The notes under the pieces: model-generated | Told to the model about the DNA's origin: nothing | Database searches by the model: none | Seen by the model: the letters and a program-made list of their open reading frames with translations, nothing else | From: an uncultured Verrucomicrobiae bacterium | GTDB lineage: Bacteria > Verrucomicrobiota > Verrucomicrobiia > Opitutales > JABDGR01 | DNA length: 64,000 nt | Assembly: GCA_963765205.1 (NCBI GenBank) | Contig: CAVXVB010000002.1 | Coordinates: forward strand, 64,001 to 128,000 | Reading direction: 5' to 3' | In this document: piece after piece, positions 9,732 through 19,294 of the stretch | How positions within the stretch are numbered: position 1 is the first letter of the stretch | Layout of the letters: the number at the start of each line of letters is the position of its first letter | Program-made: the position numbers and the translations under genes

Positions 9732-12128
9732 TTAAGGTTTCAGGGCGGCGGAAGGGGGTGCAACCGGGGCGGCTGCGATGGGGGCGGCTGCGACAGCCGC
9801 CGTCCCCGCCTCCGGTTGATCTTGCACGTTTTTGCCCAGGCGCTCCAAGTAGGCGATGACGGCGACGATTTCCCGGTCCGGATCGGTGTAGAGGTCTTTA
9901 CCAGGCTTCTTGAGTTCGTCGGCGATGCCTTGGGCCTGCTCCTTGGCCTGGCGGTCAATTTCCGCCGGCGTGAGCGTCAACGGGTAGGGTACACCCAACG
10001 TGCGCAAGGCGTTGATTTTTGACGGGAGCGAGGCGTAGTCGGTGTCGTCATTATACAGCCAGGTGTAGCGCGGCATGATCGAGCCGGGTGAGGTGGAGCG
10101 CGGGTCGGCCAGATGGAGGAAGTGCCAGTCCACGGAGCGTGCCCCGCCTTCGCGGGCCAAGTCGGGGCCATTACGTTTTGAGCCCCACTGGAACGGGTGG
10201 TCATAAATGCTTTCGCCGAGGCGGGAATAATCGCCGTAACGCATCACGTCCGGCAGGAGCGTGCGAATCATCTGCGAATGGCAGAGGTAGCAACCTTCGC
10301 GGATGTAGATGTCACGGCCGGCGAGTTCAAGCGGGGTAAAAGGCGTTTCAATGCGGCCTTCCAGATTTTTGTCGGTGTCGAGCGTGACGGTGGGCAAAAT
10401 TTCAATTGTGCCGCCAATGGCCACCGCGATAAAAGTCAGCACGCCGAACGAGAGTGAGCTGCGGATCAGCCGGTCATACCACTGGCTCCAGGTGGCACCG
10501 GACAATTCGAAGTGAACAATGGCCAGGGCCGTCCATACCGTGAGGCTGACCAAACCGGCGATGCTCCAGAAGCCGCCGCCCAGCAGCCACAGCGCGAAGC
10601 TGACGATGATGGCAAAGCAATAAACCACCGGCGCGTTGAGGAACGTCCCCCCAAAGCTGAGGCGCGCGACCGCCGCGACTGTGGGAATTTGAATGGTGCC
10701 GTTGACCGGCTGGCCGGAGCGCGCGGTGTGCCAGATATTATAGACCAACATGAAAAACCCGCCTAGGTAGAGCGTGCCTCCGACCAAGCGCGTGGCGAGC
10801 ATCGGATGGATGGCCTGGACTGTTTCGAGAAACTGATTTTTCAGCGCCAGGCCGTCCGGGGTGAGCTGGTTGAGCATCAGCCCCTGCGTGATGCCGCTCA
10901 CCCACATTGAGCCGACGTAGAGCAGGATGCCGACCATCCCGATCCAAAAGTGCAGGTTGGCCAGGCTGGTCGAATAGAGCTTGGTGTTCCACAGGCGCGG
11001 AGCTAGCCAGTAGAACATGCCTGCGGCCATAAAGCCGTTCCAACCGAGCGTGCCGCCATGCACATGTGCGATCACCCAATCCGTATAGTGAGCAAGCGCG
11101 TTGACCGACGGAATGGCCAGCAGCGGGCCTTCGAAGGTGGACATTCCATAGAATGTCACACCGGCGGCGAAAAATTTTAAGACGGGATCTATGCGGACCT
11201 TGTCCCACGCGCCGCGCAAGGTGAGCAAGCCGTTCAACATGCCGCCCCAGCTCGGTGCCCAGAGCATCAGGCTAAAGATCATGCCAAGCGTTTGGAGCCA
11301 GGCGGGCAGCGCGGAGTTGAGCAGGTGGTGCGGCCCGGCCCAGATGTAAACAAACACCAGCGACCAGAAGTGGACCACGCTAAGGCGGTAGGAATACACC
11401 GGCCGCTCCGCCGCCTTGGGCAGGTAATAATACATGATGCCCAACACCGGCGTGGTCAAGAAGAAGGCCACCGCGTTGTGCCCATACCACCATTCGACAA
11501 GGGCGTCCTGCACCCCGCCAAACACCGGGTAGCTCTGCAGCATGCTGGTGGGAAGCGAGAGGTGGTTGATGACGTAAAGCATCGCCACCGTGATGATGGT
11601 CGCGATGTAGAACCAGAGGGCCACATAGAGCGTCGGCTCATTCCGCCGCGCCAGCGTCCAGAAAAAATTCACCGCAAAGATTATCCAGATGAGCGCGACG
11701 GCGATGTTGATGGGCCAGATCAACTCGGCGTATTCCTTGCCGCGGGTCAGCCCCAGCGGCAGGGTGATGGCCGCGGCCACAATGATGAGCTGCCAGCCCC
11801 AGAAGTGAATCCACGACAGCGTCTTCGAGGCCAGGCGGCATTTGCACAACCGCTGGGTTGAGTAATAGATGCCCGCGAAAATCATGTTGCCCACGAATGC
11901 GAAGATCGCGCCATTGGTGTGCAGGGGGCGGATGCGACCGAAGGTGATCTCCGCGATGTTGAGATTCACCTGCCAAAAATTGAGCTCGGCGGCGATAAGC
12001 ACGCCGATGGCCATCGCGACGATGGACCAGAAGATGGACGCGCACATGAACCACCGCACGATGCGATCGTCGAATTCAATCGTCGTGAGGCGGGCGCCGG
12101 ATGATGAGGGTTGGGTGGAATCAGTCAT
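9732..12128 (-). CDS. ccoN: Fused cbb3-type cytochrome c oxidase subunits I/II (CcoN-CcoO)
   Basis: RPLHTN, GKEYAE, WWYGHNAV, WAGPHH, HVH, then GRDIYIREGCYLCHSQMIR and WGSKRNGPDL. Confidence 0.97.
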   Translation of the reverse strand: MTDSTQPSSSGARLTTIEFDDRIVRWFMCASIFWSIVAMAIGVLIAAELNFWQVNLNIAEITFGRIRPLHTNGAIFAFVGNMIFAGIYYSTQRLCKCRLASKTLSWIHFWGWQLIIVAAAITLPLGLTRGKEYAELIWPINIAVALIWIIFAVNFFWTLARRNEPTLYVALWFYIATIITVAMLYVINHLSLPTSMLQSYPVFGGVQDALVEWWYGHNAVAFFLTTPVLGIMYYYLPKAAERPVYSYRLSVVHFWSLVFVYIWAGPHHLLNSALPAWLQTLGMIFSLMLWAPSWGGMLNGLLTLRGAWDKVRIDPVLKFFAAGVTFYGMSTFEGPLLAIPSVNALAHYTDWVIAHVHGGTLGWNGFMAAGMFYWLAPRLWNTKLYSTSLANLHFWIGMVGILLYVGSMWVSGITQGLMLNQLTPDGLALKNQFLETVQAIHPMLATRLVGGTLYLGGFFMLVYNIWHTARSGQPVNGTIQIPTVAAVARLSFGGTFLNAPVVYCFAIIVSFALWLLGGGFWSIAGLVSLTVWTALAIVHFELSGATWSQWYDRLIRSSLSFGVLTFIAVAIGGTIEILPTVTLDTDKNLEGRIETPFTPLELAGRDIYIREGCYLCHSQMIRTLLPDVMRYGDYSRLGESIYDHPFQWGSKRNGPDLAREGGARSVDWHFLHLADPRSTSPGSIMPRYTWLYNDDTDYASLPSKINALRTLGVPYPLTLTPAEIDRQAKEQAQGIADELKKPGKDLYTDPDREIVAVIAYLERLGKNVQDQPEAGTAAVAAAPIAAAPVAPPSAALKP

Positions 12129-12153
12129 GGTGGAATAAGGAAAAATGCTGGAT

Positions 12154-12339
12154 TTAACGGGTGGTAGGCGGGCTGGGCGGCCGCTGGCGCGCGGGCACGG
12201 GCGTTTCGTCCTCGAGTGGCAGGAGGGACGCTCGCTCGGCGCTGGCAAACGGATGGGAGCGCCAGTCGCGCAGGAACAGCCACGCGAACATCCCGGCGAG
12301 CAGCATGCTCAGGAACATGGTTAGGAAAAGGACTTGCAT
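12154..12339 (-). CDS. ccoS: CcoS/FixS-like cbb3 assembly protein
   Basis: 61 aa, N-terminal TM, first gene of cco operon. Confidence 0.6.
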   Translation of the reverse strand: MQVLFLTMFLSMLLAGMFAWLFLRDWRSHPFASAERASLLPLEDETPVPARQRPPSPPTTR

Positions 12340-12420
12340 GATGGTGATGGGTGAATTTTTTTATCGTTTAAAATAACCACGTATTAAACAGGCAGTCCGA
12401 AGCTTAATTGGCTCGTTTAG

Positions 12421-12972
12421 CCAGGGACTAACCCTGGTGGTTTTTGGCTCCAAAGCCGATCGGGTCTGGCTCCGAGCACAGGCCGGGCGGAGGACAGCGC
12501 CAAGCGCCGGCCAGACGCCGCCTCCGCCGGCCTCTCCTCATTCCGGGCCGGAGTCCAGGGTCAGACGCAGCCCGGAGACTCGGAATTTTTCCGGCCCGCG
12601 TATAGCACGCGCGGCCAAGGGCACTGGTAACCTGGCTGCCGAAGCAGCCAATGGAAATGGATGGAGTGGGAGCATCTTGAGGACTTCATGGCTCCGGCGG
12701 ACACGTGGTGGATGGTTTCCCGCGATCGCCGGCTCGCCGCGGGTTGCCATGGGGTAATTCGGCCAAACACCTGAAACCGCGGCCCGCGCAAAACACCACT
12801 CCGCCCTTATTGGATGGCGGCTGCATTTGTCAGGCTTCAAGTTCCGGCGCTTCATATATCCGCAGCATAGCGGATTTTTTATAATCAGGAAATTGGGGGT
12901 GCTGCCGTAATTCGCTAAGAAAAATTCTTAGACGGCCCGGCCAAAAAAAACCCGCCTAAGAAAATTCCTTAG
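12421..12972. promoter_or_regulatory. Three related 17-bp inverted repeats (12421-12437, 12915-12931, 12956-12972), candidate transcription-factor operators
   Basis: CCAGGGACTAACCCTGG, CTAAGAAAAATTCTTAG, CTAAGAAAATTCCTTAG in the divergent intergenic region. Confidence 0.5.
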
Positions 12973-13031
12973 TGAATGCAAGGCGCGCCCCCCATTTACG
13001 TTTGGCCGGAATCAGGTAAAATACGACCAGT

Positions 13032-13538
13032 ATGAATACTTCCCTTGAATTTCCAACAGCATGGACGTCCTACCGCGCGGCGAACGAACCATTCACCCTT
13101 TCCATTTTCATCGTGTACAGTGACCAGTCTGCCGCGGCCCGGGCCTTGCAAATGGTGGAATATCTGCGCCGTATATTTAACGGCCAATTGCGACCGCGCC
13201 TGCAGCCATTGCGGTTGAAACAACTGGATGACCCCGCCAAATTTGACCATTCACTCGCCACGGCAGTCACTGCGGATTTGATCATAGTTTCCGTCAACGG
13301 GCCAGGTTTGCCGCCGGAGACTGCGCGACAGTGGATGGCCGATTGCGCTTTCCACCAACGGGCCGGGGCCTCGACCGTGGTGGCGCTGTTAAATGCCAGC
13401 GAAGAAGCCGGCCCAGTGGATTCACCCCGGCTGCGGTTTATCCTGCCTTCTCCACTGGGCGGCCGGCGGGATTCCTGCTCTGCGGGTGCGTTGCAAGAGT
13501 CTTCCGAGATGATTTTTTCCTGTACTGCGGTGGGCTAG
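13032..13538 (+). CDS. Hypothetical protein (possible degenerate receiver-like alpha/beta fold)
   Basis: 168-aa ATG ORF with beta/alpha pattern IFIVYSD...ADLIIVS...TVVALL. Confidence 0.6.
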   Translation: MNTSLEFPTAWTSYRAANEPFTLSIFIVYSDQSAAARALQMVEYLRRIFNGQLRPRLQPLRLKQLDDPAKFDHSLATAVTADLIIVSVNGPGLPPETARQWMADCAFHQRAGASTVVALLNASEEAGPVDSPRLRFILPSPLGGRRDSCSAGALQESSEMIFSCTAVG

Positions 13539-13562
13539 TGAAACGGCCGCGGCTCGTTGTAT

Positions 13563-13598
13563 AAAAGAGCGCCCCCACGGGGAATCGAACCCCGATTT
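13563..13598. repeat. att direct repeat (displaced 3' end of tRNA-Glu)
   Basis: AAAAGAGCGCCCCCACGGGGAATCGAACCCCGATTT identical to 20363-20398. Confidence 0.95.
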
Positions 13599-13669
13599 CT
13601 ATACCGCAGGGGTAGGGATTGGTAACTCCCTCTGGATTGGACACTAACAAACGCTGTTGACAGCATTTG

Positions 13670-13690
13670 CTTGTTATAGTTTGCTATAGT
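13670..13690 (+). repeat. Integrase arm-type repeat, copy 1
   Basis: CTTGTTATAGTTTGCTATAGT, identical to 20306-20326; two 10-bp units. Confidence 0.75.
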
Positions 13691-13691
13691 C

Positions 13692-14867
13692 ATGGCAAGC
13701 ATCTACAAACAACCGGGTTCGCGTTTCTGGTTTGCGCGCTATCGGCTGCCCGATGGCAAGTGGACTGCGAAGACAACCAAACAAAAAGACCGGGGCGCGG
13801 CGCTACGCACGGCCTATGAGTTAGAGGGGCTGGGAGCATCGGCAGTGGAGTTATCGCCTGTTGGCGCGGCCTTGGCGCGCAACGTGCGCGAGATTTACGA
13901 GCGCGCCACCCGGCAAAAGGTGGAAGCCGTCACTGTGGGCGATTTCCTGCGCCAGTGGGTTGCTCGCATCGAAGCCACAAAATCTGCCAACACCGGGAGC
14001 CGATACAAGCAAATTGTGGACTTGCTGCTTGCCTACCTGGGGCCGCAAGGCGAGCGCCGCAACCTTGCCAGCCTCACCCCGACTATTTTGCAAGGCTTCA
14101 TTGACAGCCAATCCGCCACCGGCAAGGGCGCGCACACTGTCGCGCTGGCCGGAAAAATCCTATCCATCGCCCTAAAGTCCGCCGTGCGCGCGGGCTTGTT
14201 AGAGCGCAACCCCGCCGGACAGCTTGACCTGCCCGCCTTTGCGATGAAAGAGCGCGAAGAATTCAGCGCCGCTGAATTGGAATCCCTACTGGCAGAAGCA
14301 CGCGGCACGGAATGGGAAACCGCCGTCCTGTTGGGCGCGTATTGCGGCGCGCGGCTGGGCGATGCCACTTCTATGCGTTGGGAAAACGTTGACCTGGCCG
14401 GGGCCAAAGTAACCTTCACCCCGCAAAAAACCTCCCGGCGGGGCAACAAGGTGGAATTGCCGATACCCCCGCGCGTGCTCGCGCACTTGGAAGGCTTGGC
14501 GGGCCGCGAGGATGCCCAGCACAACGAATTTATCACGCCGGGCTTGGCCGCGCGGGGGATTGGTGGCCGCACCGGGTTAAGCCTTAGCTTCCGCGCCCTC
14601 ATGCGCCGCAGCGGCGTTTCGGGCAAAACCACCGCCAGAGCCAAGGACAGCGCCGCCCGTTCGTTCAGCACAAAATCGTTTCACTCGCTTAGGCATTTTT
14701 TCATTGCCAATATGCACCGTGGGGGAGCCGACGCGGAAACCGCCCAAGCGGGCGCGGGCCACAGTGACGCAAAAGTGCATGAGCGTTACGATCACGACAA
14801 GCGCGACCGCGTGGCGCGCAATCTAAAAGCCGCCGTGGAGAATATCCCCGGCGCGAAAGGGAAATGA
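13692..14867 (+). CDS. Tyrosine recombinase/integrase
   Basis: GARLGD (R), KT (K), HSLRH (HxxR), GHSDAKVHERY (H..Y); N-terminal arm-binding domain. Confidence 0.95.
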   Translation: MASIYKQPGSRFWFARYRLPDGKWTAKTTKQKDRGAALRTAYELEGLGASAVELSPVGAALARNVREIYERATRQKVEAVTVGDFLRQWVARIEATKSANTGSRYKQIVDLLLAYLGPQGERRNLASLTPTILQGFIDSQSATGKGAHTVALAGKILSIALKSAVRAGLLERNPAGQLDLPAFAMKEREEFSAAELESLLAEARGTEWETAVLLGAYCGARLGDATSMRWENVDLAGAKVTFTPQKTSRRGNKVELPIPPRVLAHLEGLAGREDAQHNEFITPGLAARGIGGRTGLSLSFRALMRRSGVSGKTTARAKDSAARSFSTKSFHSLRHFFIANMHRGGADAETAQAGAGHSDAKVHERYDHDKRDRVARNLKAAVENIPGAKGK

Positions 14868-15763
14868 TTTCACCCATGAAAGACACTCCCGAAAAAATCA
14901 CTTTGCCGCCAATTCCGCCGGGGGCTGGGTTGGTTTACCAACGGTTCTCCTTTGTCAAACCAGCGCCGCCAACGCCAGAACCAGCGCCGCCAGAGCCAGA
15001 CTATCCGGCAGGATGGCCCTGGGAACTTATGGCGGACAGAGAAAAGCGGATGCCGGATTGGAAGATGCGGGCGGACGCCGAAAAGGCCGATTTCACTGAT
15101 GGGGTTGCTAAGGGATGCGTGACCGCACTTCACCAAGGAGCCCGCAAAGGCAACATAATTGCCACTATTCATCTGCTCGAATTAAGCCGGGATATTTGTG
15201 AGCGGCTCGCGTCTCTGGCAGCCGATTCTGGCTTACACGCTCAATTGCGTTCTTTGGCTTGTCTTTACCCAACCTTTCCAGTTTTGGTGGGGCGCAATAG
15301 TCTTAACAAGGGCCGTGAGAAAAATCTTTTAGAAAGTCTGCACGTCGGCGAATCTGTCCCTTTCAGCAACCCTTACCGAAAGCGCCCAGGGAGGCGAGTC
15401 AGTTTTTCAAAAAATATCGTAAACCAATGGGCGAGGCTGATTCTCAATCATATTTTATTTTATCATCAATTTCTCGCGCTGGGTGGAAAGCTGGATAAAC
15501 CGTGGCCCGCTTGGCTAACAGCGGCAATGCCGATTCCTCCGCTGAATGAGAGCACGGCCAAGGATTGGCTAGAGATTGCGTGGGCTTTAATCATGGAAGA
15601 AACCGGCCAGCACCCCGAGGACATTGACTGGTTAAGAGAAATTGGCGAAAAGCGCGGACGCAAAGCAAAGGGAACACCGGCCAGCAAAAACAAAGCGATT
15701 CGCCGGGGCCTAAAGGAGACATTGGGCGAAGCCATTGAACGCCTTGCGCGGATTGCTGGATAA
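14864..15763 (+). CDS. Hypothetical protein of the satellite
   Basis: 299-aa ORF ATGA-coupled to int. Confidence 0.7.
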   Translation: MISPMKDTPEKITLPPIPPGAGLVYQRFSFVKPAPPTPEPAPPEPDYPAGWPWELMADREKRMPDWKMRADAEKADFTDGVAKGCVTALHQGARKGNIIATIHLLELSRDICERLASLAADSGLHAQLRSLACLYPTFPVLVGRNSLNKGREKNLLESLHVGESVPFSNPYRKRPGRRVSFSKNIVNQWARLILNHILFYHQFLALGGKLDKPWPAWLTAAMPIPPLNESTAKDWLEIAWALIMEETGQHPEDIDWLREIGEKRGRKAKGTPASKNKAIRRGLKETLGEAIERLARIAG

Positions 15764-15842
15764 AAAACTCCCGAGTTTATTTTAATAAAGTAGGTAAAAA
15801 GTTTCGTCAATTCAGTGGCGGAGATAGGTGTATAAAGTGGGC

Positions 15843-16148
15843 ATGAGCAAATCATCTCTGCCCGCACGCGACGGCGGTTTTACAACAGTCGCGCCAATCG
15901 TGGCCGCGCCCGTGGCCACTATCGCCCCGGAATTTTTACGACTCCCGACGGGGCGCAATGTCGAGCCGTTAAGCGGCCTCCGCAGAAGCCAGCTTTATAA
16001 CCTGATTGCCGAGCGGAAAATCCAAGCGATTTCCCTACGCCCCAGAGGCAAGGCGCGCGGAACCCGGCTGCTTGTCGCGCAATCAGTCAGAAATTATTTG
16101 CACGGCCTCGCCATTGAACAGAACCCGCCGCAGACTATCACACAATAA
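15843..16148 (+). CDS. AlpA/excisionase-like DNA-binding protein
   Basis: EFLRLP...SGLRRSQLYNLIAERKI...RGTRLL wHTH pattern. Confidence 0.8.
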   Translation: MSKSSLPARDGGFTTVAPIVAAPVATIAPEFLRLPTGRNVEPLSGLRRSQLYNLIAERKIQAISLRPRGKARGTRLLVAQSVRNYLHGLAIEQNPPQTITQ

Positions 16149-16238
16149 CCACTAACCTATTTGCCCACCACCGGGCGAGCGTTGCCAAAACAATGCCCGC
16201 CCCCAGCGTCAACTGGAAGGCGGGCGAAACCAATCACT

Positions 16239-17405
16239 ATGGAAACGATACAAAATACAACGTCACCACGTCAAGACACAACGCCACAATCCAGCGGCGA
16301 TGCTACCAAACCACCACCGCCACCTGACGCAATTTGTGCCGCTGCCGCAGCGCCGGAGAACGCCCCACACACTCCGCCACCGGGAGCGGGTCGCATTATC
16401 CACTTCCCGCCACCGTCAAACTTGCTTGGCTCACTCGATAAGCGCCCCAAAACTGTTTCCTTGGACACGATTAAACGGGCGGTGTTAAACGAGTCCACCT
16501 TTGATGCGTTGGATATTCCCCATCGGCCCGCCTTGCTGGGCGATTGGTTTTTGGCGGGCGATCTGGGGTTTATCTATGCCCCGCGCGGCGGGGGTAAAAC
16601 GTGGATTGCTCTGGCGTTGGCGCGCGCGCTGGCAGAAGGCGGCAAGTGCGGGCCGTGGCAAGCTCACGTTCCCGTCAAATGCCTCTACGTTGACGGCGAA
16701 ATGCCCTTGGATGAAATGCGAAAACGCAACCAGTCCTTGCGCGGCGCTGCCGGGGATAATCTGATTTTTCTTTCCCACCAACGAAACTTTGACGTTGGCG
16801 TGGATAACCTTTGTTTGACTGACCCGGAGTCGCAAAACGCCCTCACAGAGTTTTGCGTCGAGACGGGAATTAAAGTATTATATCTTGACAACCTAAGCAC
16901 GCTGTTTACCCGCGTGGAAGAAAACAAAGCCGATGCCTGGCGGGATTCTGTCGAGGGTTGGCTTTTGAAATTGCGGCGGCACGGTGTTGCCGTGGTCATC
17001 ATCGCCCATGCCGGGCGCAATGGAGAGATGAGGGGAACGAGCAAGCGCGAGGATTGCGCCTTCTGGCAAATCTGTCTTGAACCAATGGAAAAAAGCGGTG
17101 AAGGAGTGCGCTTCACCTCCCGCTTTACTAAAAACCGCAACGCGACGGAAGACCCGCCGCCCCTCAAATGGCACTTCCGCCCCGATAACGGGCGCGTGGT
17201 GATTTCATGGGAAGAAGCCGACGCCTTGCAAATTCTGCGCGCGCATATTGAGGGTGGCTTGGAAACGTGCTCTGAAATCGCCGAGGATATGGGTATTGCC
17301 AAATCCACGGTTTCCAAACTCGCCAAGCAGGCGGAGCGGGCGGGTTGGTTGAAAATCACCGGCACCGGCAACCAGCGCCATTATAAGCTCAAAACCGATG
17401 CCTGA
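16239..17405 (+). CDS. RepA/AAA_25-type (SF4-like) helicase with C-terminal HTH
   Basis: Walker A APRGGGKT, LYVDGEM, Walker B LYLDN, IAHAG..RGTS; C-terminal EIAEDMGIAKSTVSK. Confidence 0.88.
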   Translation: METIQNTTSPRQDTTPQSSGDATKPPPPPDAICAAAAAPENAPHTPPPGAGRIIHFPPPSNLLGSLDKRPKTVSLDTIKRAVLNESTFDALDIPHRPALLGDWFLAGDLGFIYAPRGGGKTWIALALARALAEGGKCGPWQAHVPVKCLYVDGEMPLDEMRKRNQSLRGAAGDNLIFLSHQRNFDVGVDNLCLTDPESQNALTEFCVETGIKVLYLDNLSTLFTRVEENKADAWRDSVEGWLLKLRRHGVAVVIIAHAGRNGEMRGTSKREDCAFWQICLEPMEKSGEGVRFTSRFTKNRNATEDPPPLKWHFRPDNGRVVISWEEADALQILRAHIEGGLETCSEIAEDMGIAKSTVSKLAKQAERAGWLKITGTGNQRHYKLKTDA

Positions 17406-17419
17406 CCCGGCTTCCCATC

Positions 17420-17578
17420 GGAAACGGAGCCATGCCATTCGTTTCCTGTTTTCCAAAAGTCATGTTTGCGACTCGTTTCCGCGTTTCCCCTATGAGGAAA
17501 CAAAAAGCGCCCTCTCGTTTCCACTTTCGTTTCCACTCCGTTTCTCGTTCTCCACCTATAGGCAGTAAACAGGAAACG
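17420..17578. repeat. Iteron cluster, putative replication origin
   Basis: Five CGTTTCC (17440, 17474, 17482, 17516, 17528), two inverted GGAAACG (17420, 17572), plus near-matches. Confidence 0.7.
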
Positions 17579-17590
17579 AGCATCCCCGCC

Positions 17591-18598
17591 ATGCCCCTAG
17601 ACCTTGCCCGCTTGGAAAACGCCCGCCAGCGCGGCAACCGCCTGACGGCCCGCTGCCCGGCCTGTGCCGAAACCGGGTCCGACCGCAAAGGCGAGCACTT
17701 GGCGATCTTCGCGGATGGCCGGTTTGCCTGCGTTATGAATCCCGGCCCGGCGGGCGAAGTCCACCGCCAGCGCATTTTCGATCTGGCCGGAATCAAAGAG
17801 CACCCCGGCCAGCCCGCCCGCGCCCCCGTCATTGCCCTACAGCGGCCCCAACCCGCCCGGCCAGCCCTTCACCTTCCGCCGTTGCGCCGATTGACCGTGG
17901 GGGAAATGCTCGCCATTATCAAGTTGCGCGGCTGGCCGATGGATGCCGGGTTGGAATTGCTCACGCGACGCGGCTTGCTCTGGCAGGGCAACGTCTTTGA
18001 CGGCGGGGAGCACCACCCCGCTTGGATCGTGACAGATAGTGCCCGCCGCAACGCGCAAGCCCGCCGTCTTGACGGCCAGCCCTGGCAGGGCATCAAAGGC
18101 GCAAAGGCCAAAAGCCTGCCCGGCTCGCAAGCATCCTGGCCGATAGGCGCGCCGGAAATCGGCGCGCGCCCGTTCGTCATGCTTTGCGAAGGCGGCCCTG
18201 ATTTTCTCGCGGCGCTGCTTGTGGCATGGTTTGAAAGCGAGCGCATGGCCGGATTCAGTGTCGAGCACGCGGCCCCGGTTTGCCTGTGCGGCGCGGGTCA
18301 AACGATTCCCCCCGATGCGCTGGATTTCTTCACGGGCAAGCACGTTAGAATTTTCATCCATGCCGACGATGAAGGAAACGCGGCGGCAAAACGCTGGGCC
18401 GCGCAACTTTACCAAGCGCGCGCAAAGAGCGTTGACGGCTTCGACTTCGCCGGACTCACCCGCCCCGACGGCCAGCCCGTCAAAGACCTGGCCGACTTTG
18501 CCAAGTTACTTGACCCGGAAGACCCGCCAGTTGCGCGGGCGCTGGCCGGATTGGCGACGAAGGCAGAGGCGGAGCGGTTCGCGGCGTTATCGTCGTGA
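17591..18598 (+). CDS. Primase-like protein (Zn-binding domain + TOPRIM)
   Basis: ARCPAC...H...C Zn motif; LCEGGPDFLAA, RIFIHADDEG, KDLADF TOPRIM motifs. Confidence 0.8.
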   Translation: MPLDLARLENARQRGNRLTARCPACAETGSDRKGEHLAIFADGRFACVMNPGPAGEVHRQRIFDLAGIKEHPGQPARAPVIALQRPQPARPALHLPPLRRLTVGEMLAIIKLRGWPMDAGLELLTRRGLLWQGNVFDGGEHHPAWIVTDSARRNAQARRLDGQPWQGIKGAKAKSLPGSQASWPIGAPEIGARPFVMLCEGGPDFLAALLVAWFESERMAGFSVEHAAPVCLCGAGQTIPPDALDFFTGKHVRIFIHADDEGNAAAKRWAAQLYQARAKSVDGFDFAGLTRPDGQPVKDLADFAKLLDPEDPPVARALAGLATKAEAERFAALSS

Positions 18599-19294
18599 TT
18601 ATTTCCAAATCATGGTGTATTTTACAATGACGGTTTGCTTCAAAACCTTATTGGACATTACATCGTAACTGAGAAGTTTGCTCGTTTGTTCCTCGATGGC
18701 ATAGGCCGTCAATTTTTTCCCTTGTTTGAGCCAATTGAGAAATTGAGTTTGCGTCGGGCCGGGTTCGGCACCGACTTCCTGATAGCATTTGATCGTTCGT
18801 TTCGCACCCAAAACGGTGATGTAGGAATACGGGTCAGTCGCCACAACCCAAAGAATGCCGCAATCTTGATTATCCACCCAGTCTTTGTGCGAAGCGATGG
18901 TTTTTAACGCGAAATCGTCGCAAATAAAGAGCGTTGGGCTGACCACCTGCGTCACCTGAATGTCCATGAAATCCGCGTTTTCCAACGAGGGCTTGACAAT
19001 GATCGCGCCGGTTTTATCCGTCGTGTAGTAACTTTGGACATCGGCAAAGAGTTCGAGCAATTTATCCCGAGTTTCGACGGCACCGCGCTGGCCCACTTCG
19101 CTTACATAAAATGTTCTTTCCTGAATTTTTGGCTCCGGCGCAGGGGATGGAGCGCCGCTATAATTGACGCCCGCTTGGCTCCCCCCAATGCTGCGCAAGC
19201 CAACCTGTCCGAGCGCCGGTAAAGTGATAAGACTTAATGCTAGGCAAGTCAGGATTTTCATGGAGGAAAAAAGATGGGTAAGTGTCGCCCTCAT
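18599..19294 (-). CDS. Exported hypothetical cargo protein
   Basis: Signal-peptide-like MKILTCLALSLITLPALG (alt start 19261); ATGA overlap with upstream gene. Confidence 0.7.
   Translation of the reverse strand: MRATLTHLFSSMKILTCLALSLITLPALGQVGLRSIGGSQAGVNYSGAPSPAPEPKIQERTFYVSEVGQRGAVETRDKLLELFADVQSYYTTDKTGAIIVKPSLENADFMDIQVTQVVSPTLFICDDFALKTIASHKDWVDNQDCGILWVVATDPYSYITVLGAKRTIKCYQEVGAEPGPTQTQFLNWLKQGKKLTAYAIEEQTSKLLSYDVMSNKVLKQTVIVKYTMIWK

Noticed and set aside
9732..12128. CcoN-CcoO fusion and mono-haem CcoP as novelty
   Set aside because: Known arrangement in Bacteroidota and Verrucomicrobiota
12437..12855. Small ORFs in cco upstream region
   Set aside because: No recognisable motifs or convincing coding signal
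13657..13690. Canonical promoter TTGACA/TATAGT for integrase
   Set aside because: Spacings are 12 or 22 bp, not 16-18
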